This document shows, one piece after another, positions 55,456-63,656 of a stretch of DNA of 64,000 nt (positions are counted from its first letter, which is position 1; every line of letters begins with the position of its first letter). The notes beneath the pieces were generated by a model. It saw only the letters and a program-made list of their open reading frames with translations, had not been told where the DNA came from and made no database searches. Position numbers and translations under genes: made by a program. Source of the stretch: a virus; the IMG/VR virus record IMGVR_UViG_3300043607_000045, positions 7,161 through 71,160 of that record; one strand, written 5' to 3'.

Positions 55456-55755
55456 ATGGCCGACGAGTACCCCTCGGGGTACCCCACTCCACCGACGTCG
55501 CCTGCCAAGGATCTGCCTGAGCCGGCGAAGCCGAAGTCGCTCCACGCCAACGCCGTCCGCAACATCAACAGCGAGGGCTTCAGCGTCAAAGACCTCTCGA
55601 CCGACACCACCGGCCCGATCGGTAACCAGGCCACGGTGCACCAGGCGATCAACAGGCAGGTCGAGCAGCGCAACGCGACCTCGAAGAAGATGCAGGCCGC
55701 CGACGAGAAGCAGCGCTCACGTCCCTATATCACCGGCCGGAGCCTGAGCAAGTAG
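55456..55755 (+). CDS. Hypothetical protein
   Basis: TAG-ATG junctions on both sides. Confidence 0.68.
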   Translation: MADEYPSGYPTPPTSPAKDLPEPAKPKSLHANAVRNINSEGFSVKDLSTDTTGPIGNQATVHQAINRQVEQRNATSKKMQAADEKQRSRPYITGRSLSK

Positions 55756-56157
55756 ATGCCTGGATCCTTCTCGGCCCCCGCGGCGTCGGTCGCCTCCGAC
55801 ACCCCGCTCGACGGCCCGCCGCCCTCGCCGACCGCGATGAGTAGCGCGCCCCCGGGAGGCGGATCCTTCGGCATGAAGGGGCTCGCCGGCCCGCAGCCTG
55901 TGGCCGCCGGCCAGATGCCCCCCGAGGTCTTGACCGGGATCACCCAGGCGGCCTCGACCATTTCGCAGACCCTGGACAGCTTCGCGCAGGTCACCCCCGA
56001 CAAGGCGACGCAGATCGCCCTGATCAAGGAACTCCTGCAGCAGTATCTCTCGGAGATCATGGTGGCCGGCGGCGGCCCTGTGTCTCCAACCGCCCCCGGT
56101 GCCGCGCCGCCGATGGGGGGGATCGACAAGGGCATCGCGGGACCTGGCGCGGTGTAG
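55756..56157 (+). CDS. Pro-rich protein with a central helical hairpin
   Basis: Typical pre-scaffold protein architecture. Confidence 0.7.
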   Translation: MPGSFSAPAASVASDTPLDGPPPSPTAMSSAPPGGGSFGMKGLAGPQPVAAGQMPPEVLTGITQAASTISQTLDSFAQVTPDKATQIALIKELLQQYLSEIMVAGGGPVSPTAPGAAPPMGGIDKGIAGPGAV

Positions 56158-56161
56158 TGGC

Positions 56162-56202
56162 AGAGGCGCTGGCCTCGGGATCCCCCCGAGAGGCGCTGGC
56201 CT
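56162..56202 (+). repeat. 14 bp direct repeat flanking a small hairpin
   Basis: AGAGGCGCTGGCCT at 56162 and 56189; CTCGGG-ATCCC-CCCGAG overlapping both. Confidence 0.6.
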
Positions 56203-56223
56203 GAACACACACGGAGAGACTCC

Positions 56224-57132
56224 ATGATGACACGATGGTTGCGGTGGTGGACCCAGTCGCCCGACGGCCTCCTCTGGGGGGCGTTCGAGGACGGGCAAGC
56301 CTTTATCGCTGGCGTGCTGGCGAAGCTCCCCGAGGGGCAACGCGCACAGGCGAAGGCGATCTTCGATGCAGCGGAGGCGAAGGACGCGGTCACCCTGATC
56401 GGGGACGGCGCGCTGGCTCGCTCCGACTACAGCAAGCACATGGATACGATCAAGACGCAGGATCAGGAGCTGAAGGACAAGCTCGCGGCGGCGACACAGC
56501 TCTACGAGAAGAACGATGCCTGGTACAAAGCCAACGCCACTGCGCTCCAGGAGTACCCCACCCTCAAGTCCGAGGTGGAGCGCCTGAAGGCCGGCGGCGG
56601 GGGTGGCGATGACGACGACGACAAGGAGAAGAAGGTGACGCTCGACAAGAAGAGTATCGAGGACACCATCAAGTCCCTGCTCGGCGCCGAGCTGGATCTC
56701 CAGCTCTCCGACCGCGAGCGGGGCTACGTCGACGTCGTGGCGTTCATGCAAGACACCGGGGGATCCCACCTCAAGATGTTTGGGGAGCTGCCCTCGATGC
56801 GCGAGCTGACCGCCAACCCGAAGCTCGGGAAGCCGATCCTCGGCCAGCCCGGGCGGGTGTTCTCGCTCCAGGATGCCTACAACGAGAAGTACGGCACCCA
56901 GGTCCAGGCCAAGGCGAAGGAAGCCCACGACAAAGAGATCGAGGCGGAGGTCCAGAAGCGGCTGGGCGAGGAGCGCTCCAAAAATGGAGGTCAGCCCTTC
57001 CCCCTGCGCGGACAGGCCCCATCCGTCCTCGACGTCCTCGACACCAAAGAGGGCGCGGCCGCCCACACCCTCGACACCGCCGTGGCGGCGTACGAGAGTC
57101 TGCAATCCGGCCGCGGTCTCGGCGCCACATAG
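56224..57132 (+). CDS. Scaffolding protein
   Basis: Charged coiled coil directly before the MCP; DGALARSDYSK motif; GGAG SD. Confidence 0.78.
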   Translation: MMTRWLRWWTQSPDGLLWGAFEDGQAFIAGVLAKLPEGQRAQAKAIFDAAEAKDAVTLIGDGALARSDYSKHMDTIKTQDQELKDKLAAATQLYEKNDAWYKANATALQEYPTLKSEVERLKAGGGGGDDDDDKEKKVTLDKKSIEDTIKSLLGAELDLQLSDRERGYVDVVAFMQDTGGSHLKMFGELPSMRELTANPKLGKPILGQPGRVFSLQDAYNEKYGTQVQAKAKEAHDKEIEAEVQKRLGEERSKNGGQPFPLRGQAPSVLDVLDTKEGAAAHTLDTAVAAYESLQSGRGLGAT

Positions 57133-57144
57133 AAGGAGTCCCCG

Positions 57145-58323
57145 ATGCGTAGCGTACTCACGGGAATCGGAGCAGGCTGTCGCTGGCTCGGGGCCCACCC
57201 CCTAGTGACCGCGCTCCTCTTCCTCGTCGTTGCCCACTTCGTCCACCCAGGGGCACTGACCCTGGTCCCCATCGCGCTGGCGATCCAGCTCGATGACGTG
57301 AACACCGTCACGACCAAGGAGATCATGCCGGGGGTCGTCGACGGCTACTTCAAGGGCGGGCCCTGCATTGCGATGTGCAAAGCGCGGTTCACCCGGAAGT
57401 GGATCGGCCCGCAGATCCAAGAGAACTTCATGTTCAAGCCAATGAAGGGTGGCGCCTACAAGAAGGGCGCGACCTTCAATACGGATCGCCGGCAGACCCG
57501 TACCGGCCTGCTGTTCACCCCGCGCTACTACGAGGTGAACGTCACCGAGTTCCTCGAAGATCTCGAAGTCGAGATGGCCGGCCCGCGCGCGGCCTTCAGC
57601 GTGATCCGCACCGACATGCAGCAGGCGGCCCTGACGATGTCGGCGATCCTGGAGATCGCCTTCTACCGGCATGGCCAGGCGCTCCCGGGTGACGATCGCT
57701 CCGCCGAGATCAACGGGATCGAGGAGGGGTACAACGACGGCATCAACGCCTCCTGGGCTGGGAACGTCTTCCCGAGCTACGGCGGTCAGACCCGCGTCGA
57801 CGTGACCCCCGCGCTCAACCCCCCGGTCGGCCTGATCCAGCCGCTCAACACGACGATGTCGTATCGCGTGCTGCGGCATTCCTACTTCTCCTGCGTCATC
57901 GGCAACGAGGCGCCGGGGGTGGGGATCACCACCAACCGCCTGATGGGGTTCATCGCCGAGAACTTCCTCCCGCACCAGATCATCGACACCACCCAGCCCG
58001 AGATCAACTGGCCTGGCCTGAAGTTCGACAAGGCCACGATCATGATGAGCCAGTACGCCCCGGGGCAGGACGGCGTCAATGATCCCGACCTCGGGAACTA
58101 CCTCGCGACCGGCGAGACGTTCGCGTGGCTGAACTTCGGTCCCCAGGGCGATGACGCCTACATCCGTCTCTACATCGCGCAGTCGAGCAAGTTCGCCTTT
58201 GGCTTCACCGGGTTCAAGGGCGCGCGTGAAGACAACCAGGTCGCCGGCCAGCTGCTCTTTGGCGGCAACCTCACCCTGAAGGCGCTCCGCCTCTCGCGGA
58301 TCCTCCACGGGTTCACGGCGTAG
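57145..58323 (+). CDS. Major capsid protein with N-terminal hydrophobic leader
   Basis: AAGGAG SD; very strong codon bias; INGI...YGGQTR motif; sits between scaffold and decoration genes. Confidence 0.87.
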   Translation: MRSVLTGIGAGCRWLGAHPLVTALLFLVVAHFVHPGALTLVPIALAIQLDDVNTVTTKEIMPGVVDGYFKGGPCIAMCKARFTRKWIGPQIQENFMFKPMKGGAYKKGATFNTDRRQTRTGLLFTPRYYEVNVTEFLEDLEVEMAGPRAAFSVIRTDMQQAALTMSAILEIAFYRHGQALPGDDRSAEINGIEEGYNDGINASWAGNVFPSYGGQTRVDVTPALNPPVGLIQPLNTTMSYRVLRHSYFSCVIGNEAPGVGITTNRLMGFIAENFLPHQIIDTTQPEINWPGLKFDKATIMMSQYAPGQDGVNDPDLGNYLATGETFAWLNFGPQGDDAYIRLYIAQSSKFAFGFTGFKGAREDNQVAGQLLFGGNLTLKALRLSRILHGFTA

Positions 58324-58350
58324 GCCGGGAAGGGAAGAAGGACACAGCCC

Positions 58351-58935
58351 ATGAGCCCATCCCGCTACGAACAGCCCGCCTTCTATCTGCAGTCGGGGGA
58401 TCCGGAGAACGAGAACGTCCCAGCCCTCGCCTATCCCGGTCAGCTCGGGATCCGCTTCACGATCGTCAGCCCGCTGCGCGGCGCGCCCGGCACCGCGTCG
58501 GGCACCGCCGGCCGCTCCAAGCGGTACCAGATCGTGAAGACCGACTCCACCATGACGGTCGCTCCCTACCCGGGTGCGGTCGCCTTCTGGGGCGACAAGT
58601 CGCAGTACGTCGTCACCACCACCAACCCGACCAGCGCGTACGGGCGCAACCGCGTCGCCGGCAAGTTCAGCAACGCGATCACGCCAGGGAACATCGGCTG
58701 CGTCCAGTTCGAGGGCCCCGGCGCCGTGAAGCTGGCCGACAACGTGACCCAGGCCAACGTGCTGGCGGGCGCCTACGTGATCGCGGATCCCGGCGGCGTC
58801 AACGGCAAGGCCAACGTCACGGCGACCGGCACCGCGCCGGTGACCACGCCGCTCGGGACGGTCTCCTCGCCACTGGCGTTCAACACCGCCGACCTGACGG
58901 TGATCGTCGACCTGAACGTCCCGGAAACCACGTAG
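58351..58935 (+). CDS. Capsid decoration/cement protein
   Basis: Follows the MCP; GQLG, KRYQIVK, TPGNIGCVQ..G pattern. Confidence 0.7.
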   Translation: MSPSRYEQPAFYLQSGDPENENVPALAYPGQLGIRFTIVSPLRGAPGTASGTAGRSKRYQIVKTDSTMTVAPYPGAVAFWGDKSQYVVTTTNPTSAYGRNRVAGKFSNAITPGNIGCVQFEGPGAVKLADNVTQANVLAGAYVIADPGGVNGKANVTATGTAPVTTPLGTVSSPLAFNTADLTVIVDLNVPETT

Positions 58936-58947
58936 AGGGAGGACCCG

Positions 58948-59256
58948 ATGCCGCTCGACCGTTCGATCGGGAACTACTTCGACAACACCCATGCGCATCT
59001 GGTGCGGGTGATGCGGTGGACGGGGCCCGCCAGCTACGTCGCCGGCGGCGAGGACGTCTCGCCGTCGGTCTTCGGGCTGGGCAAGGTGATCTCGGTTCAG
59101 CACGGCAACGCGACCGACGGGACCAACCTGCGCACCATGGCGTACAACCCGGCGACCGGCAAACTGCAATGGTTTGTCGGCACCACCGGGGTCGAGGTCG
59201 CCGGTGGGCAGAACCTCTCGACCTACCTCGGCTCCCTCGTAGTCTTCGGGAACTAA
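58948..59256 (+). CDS. Virion structural protein
   Basis: GPASYVAGG...YNPATGKL...EVAGG.NLS; GGAGG SD. Confidence 0.75.
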   Translation: MPLDRSIGNYFDNTHAHLVRVMRWTGPASYVAGGEDVSPSVFGLGKVISVQHGNATDGTNLRTMAYNPATGKLQWFVGTTGVEVAGGQNLSTYLGSLVVFGN

Positions 59257-59268
59257 CCCTGGGGTCAT

Positions 59269-60222
59269 GTGGCCGCACAGACCTTTGGTGACTGCTGGCG
59301 GCGGGTACGCCTCTATGTGCCCGCCGCCCCGACCTTCCTCTGCCGCGAGTGGGTGAACGTCTCCTACAAGCGGATGGCGAAGGCCCGCCATTGGAGCTTC
59401 CTCCGGGGCGAGCTGCGCCTCACCATCAACGCCGCGCGCGCCATCCCGGTCTGCACAGTCACGCGCGGATCCCCCACCGTCACCAGCGCCGGCTTGTTCC
59501 TCGCGGGCGACGCCGGCCGCCAGTTCCGCGTGGGATCCGCCCCGCTCTACACCGTTCAGACGTTCACCGACGTCAATACCCTGCAGCTCGACATCCCCTA
59601 CGGCGAAGCCAGCAGCGCGATCGCGGTGGCGTCGATCTTCGACGGCTATGTGACGATGCCGCAAGACTTCGAGAGCTTCCGGCTGATCGCCGACCCCTCC
59701 AGCCAGCGCCGACTGGCCTGGTGGATCACCGAGGACCAGGTCAATGTGCTCGATCCGACCTGGTCGGTGAGCGATTCTGGAGCCAGATGCCTGGTCGCGC
59801 GCGGGGGCGGGTCGACCTACACCCCGACCCTCGGGATGGTGCAGTACCAGTTCTGGCCCCGGCCGACCGCCGCGCGCAGCTACCCGGCGATCTACAATAA
59901 GCAGGCGGCGCTGCTCGACGACACCTCGATCCTGCGAGGGGTGCTCTCCGACCAGATCGAGGTGCTGGTGGATGGGGCGCTGGCGGAAGCGGCGCTGTGG
60001 CCGGGGACGCAGGATCTCCCGAATCGCTACTTCAACCCGGTCGTCGCCAAAGAGAAGAAGCTCGCGTTCCTCGACGGCGTGCAGCACCTCAGCCTCCGCG
60101 ACGACGACCAGGCGCCCGACGACCTCGCCACGGTAGACTGGTCGCACTGGCCCCTGGCCGATCTCGCGTTCAACGATGTCAGCCTCCGCTCGACCGACGC
60201 GACGGTGGGGGATTATTTCTAG
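59269..60222 (+). CDS. Head-tail adaptor protein with inserted beta domain
   Basis: WVN..Y..M....WSFL, MPQDF, FWPRP, LVDGAL adaptor pattern. Confidence 0.75.
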   Translation: MAAQTFGDCWRRVRLYVPAAPTFLCREWVNVSYKRMAKARHWSFLRGELRLTINAARAIPVCTVTRGSPTVTSAGLFLAGDAGRQFRVGSAPLYTVQTFTDVNTLQLDIPYGEASSAIAVASIFDGYVTMPQDFESFRLIADPSSQRRLAWWITEDQVNVLDPTWSVSDSGARCLVARGGGSTYTPTLGMVQYQFWPRPTAARSYPAIYNKQAALLDDTSILRGVLSDQIEVLVDGALAEAALWPGTQDLPNRYFNPVVAKEKKLAFLDGVQHLSLRDDDQAPDDLATVDWSHWPLADLAFNDVSLRSTDATVGDYF

Positions 60223-60225
60223 GGA

Positions 60226-60537
60226 GTGAGCACAATGGGTGATCTGAAAACGCCGTGGAACAATCCCGTCTACCCCGACACCTCCGACCTGGGCGGCGCC
60301 GGCGTGGTCTCGCGCGGGTCCGACCCCAACGCGGACGGCGACAACGGCGCAGGGATGGGGATCGATCCCCTGTGGCCGGCCGACAAGCGGGCGACCACCA
60401 ACGATAGTCAGGCGGAGAGCAGCAACAGCGTCTCCGGGCTGCCCTCGCTGCCGAACCGCTTCGAGCCGACGGAGAAGAACATCGAGAACGTCCCGGATCT
60501 GACGCGCCGCTCGCCGGGCACGATCGACCAGAAGTAG
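60226..60537 (+). CDS. Acidic disordered protein
   Basis: Codon bias; start could be 60235. Confidence 0.65.
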   Translation: MSTMGDLKTPWNNPVYPDTSDLGGAGVVSRGSDPNADGDNGAGMGIDPLWPADKRATTNDSQAESSNSVSGLPSLPNRFEPTEKNIENVPDLTRRSPGTIDQK

Positions 60538-60547
60538 GAGGGATCCG

Positions 60548-60865
60548 ATGGTGCGATCCTTCACGCTCACCGCCGCTCAGGTCGCCGCGGGCCCGATGCG
60601 GCTCTCGGCCGTCTACGGCGACGGGCCGACCACCGTCAACGCCGCGCACGACATCCCCTATCGCCAGCTGATCCTGCAGGGGGAGGGCGCGACGCTGATC
60701 AGTGGGGATCCCAACGTCGACCCGATCTCGGCGAGCCTCTATGGCACCTCGCTCCTCGCCGCCGGCGTCCTCGTCCTGGGCCCGTTTCCGGACGGGCCGC
60801 TCAAGCTCTCAGGGATCTGGGCCTCGGGCACCGGACCCCTGCACATTCTCGCGGTTCCGTACTGA
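60548..60865 (+). CDS. Virion structural protein
   Basis: AGGAGG SD. Confidence 0.7.
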   Translation: MVRSFTLTAAQVAAGPMRLSAVYGDGPTTVNAAHDIPYRQLILQGEGATLISGDPNVDPISASLYGTSLLAAGVLVLGPFPDGPLKLSGIWASGTGPLHILAVPY

Positions 60866-60874
60866 GGGCACACC

Positions 60875-61321
60875 ATGAACCTTGTAGGCATCTTTCGACG
60901 CACCGCCTCGACGACCCTCAGCGTCGGCAACATCACCGCCGACGCGACTCGGCCGCGGCGGATCGAGTGGTACGACGTCACGGTGGGATCCGAGGCGGCG
61001 GCCGCCGACAATCCCTTCCTCTGGGTGTTCCAGCGCTGCACCACGGCGGGGACCGCGACCGCCCTCACCCTGAACCCAACCGACCCGGCCGACGCCGCGA
61101 CCGAGCAGGACGCGGGCGTCAACCATACGGTCGACCCGACCTATACCGCGAACCTGATCATGCTGGACATCCCGCTCAACCAGCGCTCGACCTTCCGCTG
61201 GATCGCGACCGAGGGTGGGCGGATCATCACGCCGGCGACCGCGTCCAATGGCCTGGGGATCTCGACCCCCACCTCCTCTGCGTTGGCGGTGACGGCGACG
61301 ATCCATGTCAACGAGCGGTAA
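60875..61321 (+). CDS. Virion structural protein (Thr-rich beta-sandwich)
   Basis: GAGG SD; composition. Confidence 0.72.
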   Translation: MNLVGIFRRTASTTLSVGNITADATRPRRIEWYDVTVGSEAAAADNPFLWVFQRCTTAGTATALTLNPTDPADAATEQDAGVNHTVDPTYTANLIMLDIPLNQRSTFRWIATEGGRIITPATASNGLGISTPTSSALAVTATIHVNER

Positions 61322-61616
61322 ACCGATCACCGGGTACGCGCAGACCTTCACCCCGGAGAAGGTCATCGAGCGCGACACGACGACCTGCGGCCATTGCCAG
61401 CGGGTGGTGTTCGTCAAGCCGGGCACCGCCTGCACGGTCTACCTGATCTTCGATCGGGCGAGCTGGTCCTGGAAGGAAGAGGCGGGGGCCTTCTGCCGGC
61501 AGTGTATGCGCCCGGTCTGCCTCGCGCACCGCTGCCTGGATCACTGCCTAGTGTGGGAGAAGCAGCTCGAAGCCAGCGAGGCGCGCGACCGACTGCGCCG
61601 TGCGGTGACGGGCTAG
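61305..61616 (+). CDS. Cys-rich zinc-binding protein
   Basis: CGHC...CRQCMRPVC...C...C. Confidence 0.68.
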   Translation: MSTSGKPITGYAQTFTPEKVIERDTTTCGHCQRVVFVKPGTACTVYLIFDRASWSWKEEAGAFCRQCMRPVCLAHRCLDHCLVWEKQLEASEARDRLRRAVTG

Positions 61617-62716
61617 TGGCTGTCGGCTGGGCCGGCAACCAGGTGATGGACATTGCCACCGGGCACTCGGTCAATTTCCCGCCGGCCGACTACAAAGCCT
61701 CCTGCAAGTTCACCAACACCGCCGGCGTCGACCTGATCATCACCACCCTCTATGCGGTCTGGTTCTACCCAGTCGGGACCCAGGGCGGGATGCACCAGAA
61801 GGGGATCGTCTACTCCGACAACGCGGGCGTACCCGACGCCCTCCTCCACGTCACCGACGAGATCACCTTTATCAACAATAGCGCGGTCGCCATGCCCTTC
61901 TCGACGCCGTGGACATGGACAGCCGGGACCACGCTCTGGCTCGGCGTGATCGCCGACAGCGGCGCGGCGTCGACGCAATTCATCTGCCCGAGCCTCACCG
62001 GGGGGATCCTCTACAACTCGAACAGCTACGCGAGCGGGCCAAGCAACCCGTACGGCACCCCCAGCGTCGCCGACTTCGTCTATGTGATCTGGGCCGAGGG
62101 GTACGATGGATCCAACAAGCTCGGACGCATCTCGATCGGTGGCTTCACTGGAGGAAACTATCTCAAGCTCGACGCGCATTATGAACGGTTCCAGCTCGGA
62201 GGCGTTCCCTCCGCGCCGATGGGCGTGGCAGCGAGCGTCTCGGTCAGCCAGATCCAGGTGTACATCACCGCGACGCTCGGGGGTGTCAATTCGCATTGTG
62301 CGATCTACGCCGACGACGGCGGCGGCAGCGGAACGCCCGGCACCGCGACGCTGCTCGGGGTGTCCAATGCGCTGAGCGCCTTTGTCGCGAACACCTGGCA
62401 CGTCTACACCTTCTCCTCGCCGATCGTCCTAGCGGCAGGGCACTACTGGCTCGCGTTCATCACGGATCTCAGCGGGGGCACGACCAACGTCACCAACTGG
62501 AATGGTGAGCTGTCCTCGGCCGCGGCCGCGCAGACCGACGCGAGCTTCTACACTTGGCGCAACCCGATCACCATCACAGACCCCTTCCTCTCCGATCAGC
62601 GGCCCTTCGGGATCAGCATCTATGCTGACTACACCCTGACGGTCGGACCCGATCAGTTCGTCTTCCCGCAGATCCCGATGATGCCGCGCAGCCGGCGCTC
62701 GGTGGTGCCCTACTAA
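61616..62716 (+). CDS. Tail/receptor-binding-like protein with two tandem beta-sandwich domains
   Basis: TAGTG start; repeated [IV]Y[SA]D..G...LL and W[LT]AG..WL[GA] motifs. Confidence 0.72.
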   Translation: MAVGWAGNQVMDIATGHSVNFPPADYKASCKFTNTAGVDLIITTLYAVWFYPVGTQGGMHQKGIVYSDNAGVPDALLHVTDEITFINNSAVAMPFSTPWTWTAGTTLWLGVIADSGAASTQFICPSLTGGILYNSNSYASGPSNPYGTPSVADFVYVIWAEGYDGSNKLGRISIGGFTGGNYLKLDAHYERFQLGGVPSAPMGVAASVSVSQIQVYITATLGGVNSHCAIYADDGGGSGTPGTATLLGVSNALSAFVANTWHVYTFSSPIVLAAGHYWLAFITDLSGGTTNVTNWNGELSSAAAAQTDASFYTWRNPITITDPFLSDQRPFGISIYADYTLTVGPDQFVFPQIPMMPRSRRSVVPY

Positions 62717-63288
62717 TGGCTCTGGACTGGATCCCCACCTTCCCAAGTCAGGTCCCCCATCGGCGCTTCAAGCAGCCGGGGCTGGTGGTCGGGCCGTTTA
62801 CCGTGTCGGTGATCCCGGTCCCAGTCGTCCCCGGGCTGCTGGCGTTCCAGGCGACCTACCCGAACCAGGTCCCGCACCGCCATAGCCAGGTCGCGCGCAC
62901 CGAGCGGGTGACGCCGACGATGTTCACGGGGGCGATCGCGCCGGTGAGCTGGGCGCCGACCTTCCCCAACCAGGTGCCCCACCGCCACCTCGCGACGGCC
63001 GCGCGCACCACGATCGCCGAGCCGCCGCCCAGCGCCAACGTCGTGATCGGGCAGCAGCTCGCCTGGCAGGCGCGCTACCCGTCGATCGTGCCGCACCGGA
63101 TCCCCCTCCAGCCCGGCGGCGAGACCGCCCCGCCCAATCTCCTCCCGGGGGTGGAGGCGCTGGGCTGCCTGGAGCTGGTCGACGTCACGCTCACGAGCCC
63201 GGCGCTGCTGGAGGAGACCCTGACGGCGCCCACCTTCCTGCACGAGACGCTCGGATCGCCGGCCCTGCTGGATGAGGATCTCTGCTGA
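62716..63288 (+). CDS. Pro-rich repeat protein
   Basis: Four [WF]xx[TR][FY]PxxVPHR repeats and C-terminal 10 aa repeats. Confidence 0.72.
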   Translation: MALDWIPTFPSQVPHRRFKQPGLVVGPFTVSVIPVPVVPGLLAFQATYPNQVPHRHSQVARTERVTPTMFTGAIAPVSWAPTFPNQVPHRHLATAARTTIAEPPPSANVVIGQQLAWQARYPSIVPHRIPLQPGGETAPPNLLPGVEALGCLELVDVTLTSPALLEETLTAPTFLHETLGSPALLDEDLC

Positions 63289-63656
63289 TGACTGAGCTGC
63301 CCCCGATCGACGAGCAGGAGACGGGTCGCTATACCGCCGTCATCGTCGGCAACGACGGGGTGACCCCGCTCCCGGGCGCCGTGCTCTCGACCCTGGTCCT
63401 CACGCTCTATGCGATCAAGGCCGACGGCACCGACCAGGTCATCAACGGCCGCAACAAGCAGGACGTGCTCAACGCCCACGATGTGACGGTGAGCGCCGGC
63501 GGGGTGGTCGTGTGGACGGTGCAGACTCTGGACACCACGCTGGTCGAGGCGATCCCCTTCGAGCGGCACATTGCGCTCTTCGAGTGGACCTGGCCCAGCG
63601 GCGTGGGCAAACATGAAGTGGTGATCGTGGTGCGCAACCTGCGCCGAGTCCCCTAA
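63288..63656 (+). CDS. Virion structural protein (BppU-like beta fold)
   Basis: TGATG coupling; beta-strand pattern. Confidence 0.65.
   Translation: MTELPPIDEQETGRYTAVIVGNDGVTPLPGAVLSTLVLTLYAIKADGTDQVINGRNKQDVLNAHDVTVSAGGVVVWTVQTLDTTLVEAIPFERHIALFEWTWPSGVGKHEVVIVVRNLRRVP

Noticed and set aside
57202-60570. 1122 aa antisense ORF over the capsid genes
   Set aside because: Shadow frame spanning several well-supported + strand genes
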